Source of the DNA: Minutocellus sp. GHC0000111
Taxonomy: Eukaryota
Assembly: GCA_977018835.1 (NCBI GenBank)
Contig: OZ361256.1
Location: forward strand, 558,001-622,000
Length of the DNA stretch: 64,000 bases
Direction: 5' to 3'
Every line of letters begins with the position of its first letter. Position 1 is the first letter of the stretch. The notes under the pieces are model-generated. The model saw only the letters and a list, made by a program, of their open reading frames with translations, ran no database searches and was not told where the DNA came from. A program made the translations under genes and the position numbers. Shown in pieces: positions 37,100 to 48,330 of the stretch.

Positions 37100-37524
37100 C
37101 AGAGCAGTGTCAGCATACAATAACTCAACTATCGGCGGCAGTCCGATTTGACTGAGATAAAGCAAAGGTTTTTCTGCCGCCGCTGCCATGGTACGTACTA
37201 CGTAGTACGTAAACTACTAGCTAAGTACGGTACGTACTCTACTACGTAGCTACGTAGCTACGTAGTAAGTAAGTTTTTAGTAAAATGACGTCATAATGAC
37301 AAATAAATCGGGATGCGAGTTGGCGATGGCCGGCCGCCCTGCTCGCCGCCATACATGTACCTTTAATCGAATGGTACCCGCATCAACCATGCTTCGCATG
37401 CATCCACGCACGTCGTCGCGTCGTTCATTCATGCTACGTGTAGCATGTAGCATGTAGCATGCTCATGGTCGCAAGCGCTTGGAAGCCTTGCTTAGGTCCG
37501 TTAGCGAAGGCAAGTGCTCGGCAC

Positions 37525-38475
37525 TCAGCAAGGAGATCTTTCAGCAAAATCACATGTTGAATTTGGGAAAGCTGATATCGTCATCGCCCGTGCAGACCAG
37601 CCCCTCGATATACCGGCGGCGCCAACATCCAATACTCATTCGGCCCGCGGAGGAGAAGGAGGAGACAAACAGGTCTCAGATATAGAAGCCCGGTTGGCAT
37701 CGTTCGAGTCGACGATACCCTCGGCCCTCAAGTCGGACGAGGAACGAGTTCGGGATCTGAACGCAGGGCTCAAGGGCCTTGGATACCATCTGCCAACCTC
37801 TCCCGATATCAAATGGCATCTTGGCATCCACGCACAAAAGCCGATGACGGACGAGGAGCACATTCAACGGATTGTGGAGATGGCCAAGGATGAGGCTCGA
37901 TTGGAGGGGACGAATGTGGACGAGGACGCCGTCAAGGCTGCTCTTGGCGGCATTGTCGGCACAGGTGGAGGTCGCGGCGGTAGAGCGGGCGGTGGAGTAG
38001 GCGGTGACGATGGCGATGTATTTGCAATCAACGATGAAGACGATTTTGCCGCCGTACTACGAAAGGCACATCTCAACGTGAACGATGGAAACTTGAACAA
38101 ATCATCGATTGGCAATGCGCTTGCCGATGCATCCAAAGTCCGAGACGAGGCCGGCGGTATGAATAATCTCACGCGGACCGGCAAGATATTGAGTCTCATC
38201 GCCAGGGCGCAGGAGCATCTCTTTGAGGCGAGCGCCCATTTCGAAGAGGAGGAAGACGATGCATCTGAGGGGGGTGATAGCGACGCTTATGATGATGATA
38301 GTATGCCACTTTCAAATGTGGCTCCTACCTTGATGACCGTTGGAATGGTGCAGGGTAAGGGGAACATTCTCGAGGCGAAAAAGGCCGTTGATGAGATATT
38401 AAGATCTTGGCCGAAAGACAACACGTGAAGAAAGGAGGTATATTTCTATGTGAATAGTCAATCCTATTATCGACT
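37525..38475 (+). pseudogene. 5'-truncated duplicate of the 34093-35628 gene (copy of 34729-35679)
   Basis: Near-identical nucleotide and protein sequence (QQGDLSA...WPKDNT*) including the 3' UTR; no upstream half. Confidence 0.9.
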
Positions 38476-38894
38476 CTCATGCAGAGTTGTGGATGGTGAA
38501 TGCAACGTGGTTACATGTAGAAGCAGCAATTATTGTATTGAAATGCCACCGCAAAAGTTTGGATTAGTCTAAAAAAATCTGCTGTGATACCACTTTGCTT
38601 TTCAGATGGAAAATCATTAGTCTAGCTAGAATTCAGAATAGAATTCAGAATGGAATTCATTTTACTTTCATTTATGTTCGCTGTCTGCACTGTTCTAGTG
38701 GTAAAGTTGTGATCTCATACTAGCTAGTCTAGCTAGTAGATGGATGATAGTGAAAGATGCAAAATACAAAAAGCGTGTCCTTCGATCCTGAACTTGGAGA
38801 AATGGCCCGAGAGGGCAACAATCCATTGAATCCATCTACAATACTTCTTCATCCCTTCTTCGTCTTAGCAAATCTTTCAGGAACAATGACTAAA

Positions 38895-40566
38895 TCATTC
38901 TTCCACTTCCTCAGCTGCTCCATCCGCAATCAATTTCAACACATCTTCGAAGTCATCAAGGCGTTTCACGATATCTCCAAAGCTTGGGCGGTTTTCGGGG
39001 GTTGGATTCATGCAACTCTTCGCCAGATCTTTGAGAAAGATCGGGCAAAAGTCAGGAATATCGTGAACCGATTCGACTTCGCCTTTCAGCACTGCCTTCG
39101 CCCGTTCTTCGATGAACGACTTGACAAGGTCGCCCCTCTGCTTACGGTCTAGACCTTTGCGCTCGAGATTGGAGCACGGGACCTTTCTAGTGAAGATTTC
39201 CGCCATCACTACTCCATACGACCACACGTCCGCAAATTCTCCTGCGTATGGCTTGTTCTCGGACGCTCTGATGGCCTCAGGGGAACACCATGCGAATGTC
39301 CCTCTTCCTTTCTTCAAAGGCGTCGACTTGCGCGACGGACACGGGTCGGCGACTTTGCACCGGTAATCTTCGAAAACTAGGATGTTCATGGACTTCAAAT
39401 CGTTGTGGGCGACTTCCCGTAGATGAAAGTACTCCATTCCGCGCGCGACGTCTTGCAGCACTTTGACAACCAGACTCAATGGCCACGCTCCCTCGGGGGG
39501 GATCCGGGCAGAAAGATCGTCCCGAACAAAGGCGAGATCCCACTCGCATTTCGAGGCACGTTCGGAGGGCTTCATGCGACCCGTCGGACTGGAAAGCATC
39601 TCGGACCACGACTTACTACCACTGGCTGCTTTGTAGTGGATAGAATCAAGGCGGGACCGGAGAGCTCTGTGCAGGTCCATCTGTGCTCGTTCCAGCACCA
39701 TAGTTAGACCGGTAGTGCTGGTGGGGTAAATGACCCCAAAGAGGCTGATGACATTCGGGTGGCTCATGCTTGCAAGTAAGTTAATCTCATTTTTGACAGA
39801 TTCAGATAGCATTCGCCGCTTGTCACCGTCGTCATCCTTCTCAAAGCGGGACCTTTTGAAGACTACCTTGGTCCCACCGTACGCTCCTCCTGATACGATG
39901 CCATTTCCGCCGGCTCCAATTTTTTGGGGCTCCTCGGTGAGCGCAGCGTCACCCCACTTGAACACGGGGACACTAAAAACCGGCCCGCGTCTGAACGCCC
40001 TTTGTGTCTGTGGCTGGGGACGGGCCAAATTTTGAACCTAGGGAAACTCCACTCTTGGGCAGGATCTCGAAAAGGCACGTTGGGCTTTCCGTGGCCTCAC
40101 TCTTTTCTGTTTTTTCGTCGTACTCGTAGGTGATATCCGATGGAAAGACCAAACCAGAGGCACAAACAAAGGGTGGAGGAATCGCAGCGTCGTCGGAAGT
40201 ATTTTCGTCTTGGTTAGTGGTGCCAAGTTGCTCACACGCCTGCTGTGCCGCGTGGCGGCTTGGGGCTCCCTGATGACGAACAGCAGTGGTGTTGACACGA
40301 CCGTTACCTCCTGCCGACTTGTTTGTCTCGGGGCCATCGCTCGTTTGCTGCGCAGAGTCGAGAGAAGAAGATCGCCTGGGATTGGTAGGGGAAGAGGCGA
40401 GAAGGGCCTTTAATCCCTCGGCAGACGAAGTACGGCGGTGCCCTCGAGCACCAGCAGCGGCGGCAGCACCAGCGGCGGCTACCTTCTTCGCGTTACGGTG
40501 CTCGAGGCGTATCGTGCGTTCATCCTTATATCCCTCTTCCCCCTTCTTTCCTGGTAGCTTTGGCAT
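38895..40566 (-). CDS. Divergent TKL-like protein kinase with atypical DPC in place of DFG; the upstream ORF 39973-40566 is probably its N-terminal part (junction unresolved)
   Basis: GAGGNG, VVFK, HPNVISLFG, HNDLKSMN, KVADPC, GTFAWCSPE, DVWSYGVV, RPSF. Confidence 0.8.
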
Positions 40567-42243
40567 CTTACACGTATAATCTGACGTTGGGTTGGCAGGG
40601 AAATTAATTTGTTGTTTGATATTGAACTGAACGCACGATTCCGGGGAAGAAGAAAGGGATGGTGCCGAGGAGATTAATCACAAATAATTGTTCAAGTAGT
40701 ACACGATGATGATGGTGGTGCTGACGATGCATGTGCCCGCGCTATTTCGTTCAGGATGGACCATTAATTCCGGGCCCAAAACACAATACAATGAGCGCAT
40801 AAATCGAATTGCATTGCAGTGTCACAAGCTGCCCCGCTAGCTAGGGCCATGCCGCGCGGCAGAACCGTCCTGACCCCGAACTGCCCTCCGATACAACGTA
40901 TGCTCACCTTGTTATTCTCTTTTCTCCTACAAAATCACTTGCTGATATTGGTCTTCACGGGTTCTTCAGAGCTGACGAGCGCCGAGATGAGAGGATGAGT
41001 GAAGCAGAAACAGCGCCAGCAGAGCGCATGCAGTTGCAGCGCAGAGAGAGATAGAGTGAGCTCGCTCGGCTCTCGGCGTGCGGCGAAACGAAAGATCGAC
41101 CAATGCGTCTGACCTTCGTGCGGCGAGCACCTTTGACCTTTGCGGCCCTTATTGACGAGCTCGGTGTGCAGGTGACCTGCATGTCCGCGGCGAATGATCG
41201 GATGATAATACTGTTGCGCCAGATATGTTCAGCTGTCATTAAATAAACGAGTGTGTGATTTCAAATCGAAGCAATTTAAATGGGCCGCCGCTGGCCGTGC
41301 ATGCATAGGCGCTGCCGAACAAAGAATTATACCGTAGGCCAACACGGGCAATGGGTACTCTTCCGTCGGCGCAGACTGACACAACAAGGAGATTACCGGC
41401 ATCAGGCCGCCGTCGCCTTCTACATGTAAGCCCAAGCAATTAGTTTGAAAATGCTCCCAGTCTGAATGATGGCGACAATTACAACCCCGCCGATCAGGCA
41501 AAGCAATTATTCTTCGTGCGGATAACACTCAATTGCCCTTGCCGGTTGGCCGACGCTTACAATAAGTAAAAGGTTTCCTTTGAACACCGCAGTTAGTTGC
41601 ACCTGTCATAAATTGGTTCCACCAACAGTTTGTATGTGAAGCCAAATGTAAATGTGTCTCAGTTTGCACACGACACACGCTTGTCGATCTTTCTCCAGAC
41701 GTTTTCTCGCCTGGATACATACGTAACTACGGACACTGGGGCTGATTGCTTCTGGTGGCTGTGGCCATCTTGTGCGATTATAGCCATAAGCGATACAAGA
41801 CCGATTCTCCACTTCCCCAATTCGCATCCATATTCGATGAGTACTTGTTTCGTTTTTGTGGCCGCTTCGGATGGAACACTCGCCCAGCCCACTGCGCCGC
41901 CCGATGGATTGCCTGCAATAAATCGAAACAGAGGTCGATTATGTCCATTCAGCTTCAAATTCGATTTGTTCGATGGATTCGATTGTAGATTCGATACGAT
42001 GATCCATGTACATGTATTCGCTTCATTCTTGGACATGGGCTAGCCCATGTGACTTCTTGGCCGCCTTCGTTTCGCCATATTTGCGTGACGGACAGACCGC
42101 GCAGCGCGCATATCGGTCTAGTAGTAGGAATTTCTAGTAGTAGGAATTCCTAGCTAGAGTCTGGCCTCCTGGAAGTTCCAGCCAACTCCGTATCACATGT
42201 CGGTACGCACAAGTTATTCATCCTACTCTAGCTAGAGACCACA

Positions 42244-43180
42244 ATGGACATCATGGGTTAGGGTTAGGGTTAGGGTCAACCTCGCAGCAAGACGGAGAAG
42301 TGGCAACGTCAAGCATTTTTGCCGATTTCGTCAGCTGACCGCTTCTTCGAGCAATCGATACTGATGTGCCTCGGCATTCCTGACCTCAGCGCCCTCGCGA
42401 AGTGCTCCAAGGCTGAGAATGCCTTCATCAGGAGCGCATTCCTAGAAGATAACGAATACGGCTTTGGGAGAAGCTCGCGAAGAGTTGTTTTCCGAGTTCG
42501 GAGGCCAGCTTGGTCCAGTTGGTACAGCAGCATGCTGACAAAACGGAACCCGAGTGGTTCACCACCTTCGGCGGGATTACCCTCCGTGGTAGTAGTAGCC
42601 CCCCGACCCCCGAGGAAGTGCCCCGCTTGGTATTTCAGCGCATGTAAGTACTAGAATGTAGGGGCGTGCCCACTTCTGCCGCCCTGAATAGCAGCACCGA
42701 GATGCGCCACATCGAGCAGATGTGGCAGCTGGCCAATCAGGTTTTCGGCAAAGTTGCCGGTGATAAAGGCGCAATCGATTGCTATAGCACTACTCTTCTT
42801 GCGGACATGGTCGGCATGATGTACGACGAGCTGGGGTGGAGAAATAGTCACCATACCTCTCGGTACCAAAGTGATGTCGAATCTTTTCGAGGAGAGGGTG
42901 AGACATTAGTCACTCGCAGGGCAGTCTGCGCTTGGTGGATTCATTGGTGTTTCTGTTGATCTGTTGGTTTACTGTTGAAGACTTCGCAAGGATGATCGCA
43001 GAGGAAAGGGCCATCAACCGCTTCCGGTATCCGCGTGTGGAGGTAATCAAGGGGGGTGCAAGGGGATATGCTAAGTCCGTCACCAACCAGGGGTCCAATT
43101 GGATGGTCGGCGCTTTCTTGCGTTCTACAAGCCCGAGAGGATCAGAACGGTCCAGATCTGATCGTTTTATGTCGTGAAGT
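42244..43180 (+). pseudogene. F-box + KOW-like gene, paralog of 46861-47769; disrupted by telomeric repeats and frameshifts
   Basis: ILMCLGIPDLSALAKCSK F-box-like. FARMIAEERAINRFRYPRVEVIKGGARGYAKSVT / VQLDGRRFLAFYKPERI aligns to FERRIAEAQSINHRRYPRVRVISGGAEGYATHVT / VDMDGKKNASYYKPEKI. Confidence 0.7.
42255..42276 (+). repeat. Interstitial telomeric repeat GGG(TTAGGG)3T
   Basis: gggttagggttagggttagggt. Confidence 0.9.
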
Positions 43181-43267
43181 AGGAAGTGAGGAATGATTGC
43201 ATCACAGCTACGTTACTCTACCCACGTAGCATTTATTTCAACTCCCCTCGTATGTGCACTGCAATGT

Positions 43268-43465
43268 ACAGCTAGCTCCACTTCGAGTGACGGCATGGCG
43301 GTGCAGTCGATCAGCAAAATTGTCGGGTTGGTGGACACATGATGAGCTCTACTCTACTCGCGCCTGCCGGCAGGCACGTCGAGTTGCGATCCATGGCAGC
43401 TATCTGTGTTTACATGTACATATCACAGTATAAAATAAAAGGGGATCATTCCATATTGATTGAGC
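43268..43465 (+). repeat. Diverged third copy of the conserved 3' module, truncated near the MITE
   Basis: CAGCTAGCTCCACTTCGAG...ATTGTCG...GAGCTC...TCCATGGCA...GTATAAAATAA..GGG..CA.T.CATA.TGATT shared with 47857-48002. Confidence 0.75.
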
Positions 43466-43533
43466 AACGTACATATGTAGGATCCCTATTAAATTTTGCT
43501 ACATGTACCAAAGTTTATATATATATATATATA

Positions 43534-44382
43534 TGTTAGTCCCAAAATGCGCACTGTCCCAGTTCGCGAACTGGGATCCCAGTTTGCGAACTAGGATTTA
43601 TTTATCCCAGTTTGGAAACTGGGATCATAGGCACAATCTCAGTTTGCAAACTGGGATCAATCGAGAAATAATGAATATTTTGCATGGATGATATCGCCTT
43701 TGCTTCTCCTCGCGTCATTTTTTCATAGTGAAGCAACACAGCCCAAACCTGGTCCAGACGTCCAGACGACATTAGTGCCGGAGCTGATACTCAATAAATT
43801 GGCATTAGCTGATACGAAATACATATAGTGAATAAATCATAATATCTAGCTAGCTGCTTCTGGCAAATATAAGTCATGAACTGTACATGCATCTGTGCTA
43901 TGCCGGCATCATGTTGCTACTGTACCAGTACATGTAGCTTGCAAATTCAAGATATGATGCACAGTGCAACTTGTATTGTAGATAGATCTACCAGTACATA
44001 ACCATTGTGCATGAGCCAACACCAGCAGTTACCATTCTGACACTTGCCGAGAATGCCAGTTTCCAAACTGGTATTCATTTTTGTTCCAGTTCGCGAACTC
44101 GTCTGGTTCCCAAATTCGGATTGGCGTGTTTATCTCAGTTTCCATTCTGGTAGTATCAGTGCGCAAACTGAGATCCTAGTTTGGGAACTGGGGCCCAGTG
44201 CGAAAACTGGGATAAATGAATCTCAGTTCGCAAACTGGGATCCCAGTTCGCGAACTGGGACAGTGCGCATTTTGGGACTAACATATATATGTCCCAGTGC
44301 GCAAACTGGGATAAATAAATCCTAGTTCGCGAACTGGGATCCCAGTTCGCGAACTGGGACAGTGCGCATTTTGGGACTAACA
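43534..44382. mobile_element. MITE-like non-autonomous element inserted in (TA)n, ~80-bp TIRs, right TIR tandemly duplicated
   Basis: (TA)n-TGTTAGTCCCAAAATGCGCACTGTCCCAGTTCGCGAACTGGGATCCC... and its reverse complement ending GGGACTAACA-(TA)n at 44382 and again at 44283; subterminal CCCAGTT(C/T)GCGAACTGGG palindromes. Confidence 0.92.
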
Positions 44383-46860
44383 TATATATATAAGAGTGAT
44401 TTCACGAGAGAGCCGACACCCCCTCCGCGATGTTTCGTAAACATTGTACCAAACTAACTCGACTGCAGATTACTACTTAGATAGGTGTTGTAGACCATAA
44501 TCAATGGTCAAGTTAGTTTGGTACAATGATCTCGGGGTCCTTTTAGCACATCTTATAGATACGGTAATAGAGTGTTTGTATTGGTATTATATTTGTACAA
44601 AGCTTTTATTTTTGTGGATAAATGTAGTTGTGCTGCATGAGAAAAAAGAAAATTTTGCATCGAACTTCATCATAAAACAAAACCCATTTGGTCCAACAAA
44701 TGGTGCCACAAGATGTGTTGCCGATGTGCCTCCCATTGAGAACAATCAAGACTACAGCCCCCCATGCCCTCATGATTGTCTTTTCAGACGCTGTGATGCA
44801 GCAGGGTGCTTGCAGTTGCCTTTTTGAGGCTTTAAAAATTCGTTCGCGTCAGACCCGATTTTTTCGACAGTTTCCGACGTTCCAACACGACCATGTTCGC
44901 CCGATGTTCCGCACTTCCCCGGCCATTGTACACACTCTGACCACCTAGATGCCTCCCCGAATACCACTGGAAGGGGTTGTTGGGCGATAGCGGTGCGTCG
45001 GTGCGTGCTTGTGCCGCGAATTATGGCCCAGCATCAGCACCACCCCCGTGTCACCACCCTCCCAAAGTTGGTTCTGATGCTGTTTCGTCTTGCATGTGTC
45101 CCTTCCGTCGCACTGAGCCGTCGCCGCTGCGCCCATATGTATACCTCACGTATATTTGAGGGGGGAGTGGTAGTATCTTATCACAATTGGTCGAGATAAC
45201 CGTGCCCAACGTCCTGTTTCTAGTGTCGGCACCAGATTGCACCTTCATTGCTTATGCCGTCCGAGAGGAAATAAACCGGATAAAGCGGCCAATCCAATGC
45301 ATGGGATCGATGGATGTAATATAAAGTGAGCATCGTGCGTGCTGATGTTGCGTGAAGGATCAATGCTTGAGGCTGGAGGAGGGGTGTAGTTGGGGATTCG
45401 CTGCTTTCGGAAGCTTTTGCTTTTCGTGATGATGGCCACGAAGACACAAAGATGGGGTCCAATATCGACCTTTTGGCGCAAAATCTCCCCCTATATAACC
45501 CAAGTGGAAGTAATGCTGGTCAGGGGGGATTGAAATGGCGGTAGACAAGCATCAGCTATCGTTCTTTGCCATTTTGAGGGGTAAAAATATTGGAAATATC
45601 ATGGGTGTGAGGAAATGTTGCTAAAATAGCACATGTTGTACAAATGAGCGTGCTTTCGAGCATTCAATACTCGCTCAATACATGTAGTTGGTGTATGCAT
45701 AGGTCGGCTTGGGGCAATTCATGGTTATGCCATCATTAGATGGCCTTCTGTTGAGATGAATTCTCCCTTGCTTTCGTCGCGTTGAGTGAGGCCATTTAGT
45801 GGGTTCATTTTTTACACTGCATGAAATATCGCACAAAAATCATTCTAGTGCCTTACTATTTACGTCGATTTTGTCGGCGATCTCGTGAAAACACTCTATA
45901 CGGGCATGAGAAAGAAGACGAGTCTGGCTTATCTTCGTATGATCTGCTAGGCAGTGATGCTGGTACTAGTAGTACACCCATGTAGTCTACATGTACGAAC
46001 AATCGGTTAATAAGGTCCTTGATGATTGGTTGTTGTTGACAGTCGCGCGGCGTTGTCGATCTTGAAATCTCGCAAGCTTTTGCTCTGCTCTGCTTTCTTT
46101 TCCGTTGTGACTCGCTCGACTCGATATCCACTCTTGAGCTCTCTTTATTTCCATTTTCATTTCAGCCCCACCTGGCCCAAAGACCAACCGGCCAAGCAAA
46201 GCAAACCAAGAGGAGGAACGAATATACCCCCTCCCGTACCCAACCCAACCCAATCCACCAAGGTGAGTAGCTCCGTAGTTCTTTGCCCCGGATTCGATTC
46301 AGCGACTCGGCGATTGGGAGGCGGCGGGCGATCGATCGGTGCGATTCAACTCTTTGCATCTTGCGGGTTTGACTGGGTTTGGTGCTCGAAATTGCATGGA
46401 TGTTCGGGATTGCCCAATAAGTACCGACCGGTACCGCCTGTACGTCGGTCGGCTAGCGAGGAATATGCCACGACAGTCCAAGGATCGTGTCCGCTATAGA
46501 CCTCCTCCGTCCAACCGCCGAACGATGACGGTCTCGGCGGCCGAGGGGCGGTCCTTCGGCGCAGGCGTTCGGCCAGTCCCGCGGCAAGAGGAGTAGTCGG
46601 CGGTCGGTCGGTCGGTCGGTCGTATTGTCTGCACTCATCGTCGAGACCGATCCTGCGCGTATTCTCCAACGTGAGGGGGGCATTGTTGGTCCAGCCGGGT
46701 CCGGACGGGACAGTAGTGACGTGCTCGCATAAGTAGTACCGGCATTGGCATCCTCGCTCACCCGTTTTGTCGCACTCACCCCCTTGCCACGTCGTTCCAT
46801 TCCATCCCTTTCAGCTACCTGTTTCACACCCGCCCCTCAAGGTCCTCGCATTTGGCAACC

Positions 46861-47769
46861 ATGCCCACCACCCAGCTAGAGATGCACCGGGCTCAGTCCG
46901 GCGTTGACGACGCGTTCGACAAGACTTGGGAGGGCGTGGATGAGGTCCCTGTCGAGCAGAGGACGGCCTTCCATCTGGCTCGGCTTTTCCTGTACGCGAG
47001 CAATGGGTCATGCACGTTCGACCCATCCCTTGTGAATGAGGTCAAGTCCTGGACGAAGGAAGGGTTCGCCCAGTGGTACGTCGAGAGGGTCATCGGTGGG
47101 GTTGTTGACGATGGTGACGACGACGATGATGACGACGACGACGATGATGATGAGGGTGGAGATGATGATGTCGATGTCGAGGAGCTCGAGGTTGGCCTAG
47201 CACAGGTCAACATTTCGGCTGACGGCACTGCTGTTGTTCCCAGTGGACCTCCGACCCCTTCGGCGATGCGCAAGGGTGAGAGCAGGTTGGGACGGAAGAA
47301 GTACAACACGCGCAACCACCCTTTGCTCAGCTTGTTATGGGCCGACGAGAACGGTGGTCAGCTCGATGATGCCGGTGCCGACGAGAACGGTGGTCAGCTC
47401 GATGATGCCGGTGCCGACGGAAACGGTGGTCAGCTCGATGATGCCGGTGCCGACGAGAACGGTGGTCAGCTCGATGATGCCGGTGCCGACGAGAACGGTG
47501 GTCAGCTCGATGATGCCGGTGCCGACGAGAACGGTGGTCAGCTCGATGATGCCGGTGCCGACGGAGAGAGCGCTCTTCAATATTTCGAGCGCAGAATCGC
47601 CGAGGCACAGTCCATCAACCACCGCCGTTATCCACGGGTTCGGGTCATCAGCGGGGGCGCAGAAGGGTATGCCACCCACGTCACCACCCTGAGGGTTGCC
47701 GTCGACATGGATGGCAAAAAAAATGCCTCCTACTACAAGCCGGAGAAGATCGAGATCGTGCCGGAGTAA
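46861..47769 (+). CDS. Hypothetical protein with poly-Asp tract, 12-aa repeats and KOW-like C-terminus
   Basis: Intact ~302-aa ORF with a paralog at ~42980-43155; RVRVISGG.EG...VT..RVAV; possible GTAAGT donor at 47766. Confidence 0.72.
   Translation: MPTTQLEMHRAQSGVDDAFDKTWEGVDEVPVEQRTAFHLARLFLYASNGSCTFDPSLVNEVKSWTKEGFAQWYVERVIGGVVDDGDDDDDDDDDDDDEGGDDDVDVEELEVGLAQVNISADGTAVVPSGPPTPSAMRKGESRLGRKKYNTRNHPLLSLLWADENGGQLDDAGADENGGQLDDAGADGNGGQLDDAGADENGGQLDDAGADENGGQLDDAGADENGGQLDDAGADGESALQYFERRIAEAQSINHRRYPRVRVISGGAEGYATHVTTLRVAVDMDGKKNASYYKPEKIEIVPE
47341..47563 (+). repeat. Coding minisatellite, 36 bp x 6.2 (ADENGGQLDDAG)
   Basis: GCCGACGAGAACGGTGGTCAGCTCGATGATGCCGGT repeated; copy 3 has GGA for GAG. 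Confidence 0.97.
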
Positions 47770-47841
47770 GTGATTTATTCTGGAGTGGGGAAGAGTGGTT
47801 GCGGGCCGGATCTTTGCTCTGCCTGTAGCTTTTCACCTCCC

Positions 47842-48330
47842 CTCACAAACAAGGCGCAGCTAGCTCCACTTCGAGCAGCAGCGCAGCCGATTGGCAACAT
47901 TGTCGAATTGGGCTTGTGAGCTCCACACGTTCATGTGTGTTGAGCTACGGTCCATGGCATGTGTATGGTATAAAATAATAGGGAACAATTTCATACTGAT
48001 TTGATTTAGCTACGATCATAACTTAGTCCAGTACACGTCGTTAAACTGCGATTCCCTCCGATTGTGCTACCTATGCGTGTGTATTTCTTCTGTTCGATTC
48101 GCCAATCCAATAGTTCCTATCGGTTTATCCCTACATTACCGGCGTGAGCCCATTGAGCATTCGATGTGGCCCGTGGTCGCCCTTGCGCTCCAACACGGGG
48201 CAACACTACGTAGTAACGTAATTCATAGTTGCTGGGTTCCACTGCAATGCATACCTATTAACCTGCCAAGCAGTCCAAATATCATTCGAGCAGGGAACAC
48301 TGCTGGTGTTGCCGTGCTCCGGCAGCTGCA
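47842..48330 (+). repeat. Conserved ~490-bp module (putative mobile-element end), copy A
   Basis: Colinear with the reverse complement of 61641-62131; ends GTTGCCGTGCTCCGGCAGCTGCA. Confidence 0.93.

Noticed and set aside
40930..41250. Possible small gene remnant on the + strand
   Set aside because: Protein-like text but with an internal TAG and no recognisable family; insufficient support
44400..46800. Short ORFs between the MITE and the KOW-like gene
   Set aside because: No recognisable motifs or consistent frame; left unannotated
47341..47563. 36-bp repeats as a CRISPR array
   Set aside because: Head-to-tail with no spacers, in-frame coding, eukaryotic context, no cas genes
47860..47975. 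Conserved VEL(R/Q)SMA peptide in the module as a coding exon
   Set aside because: Locally synonymous changes exist, but frame-breaking indels differ between the three copies
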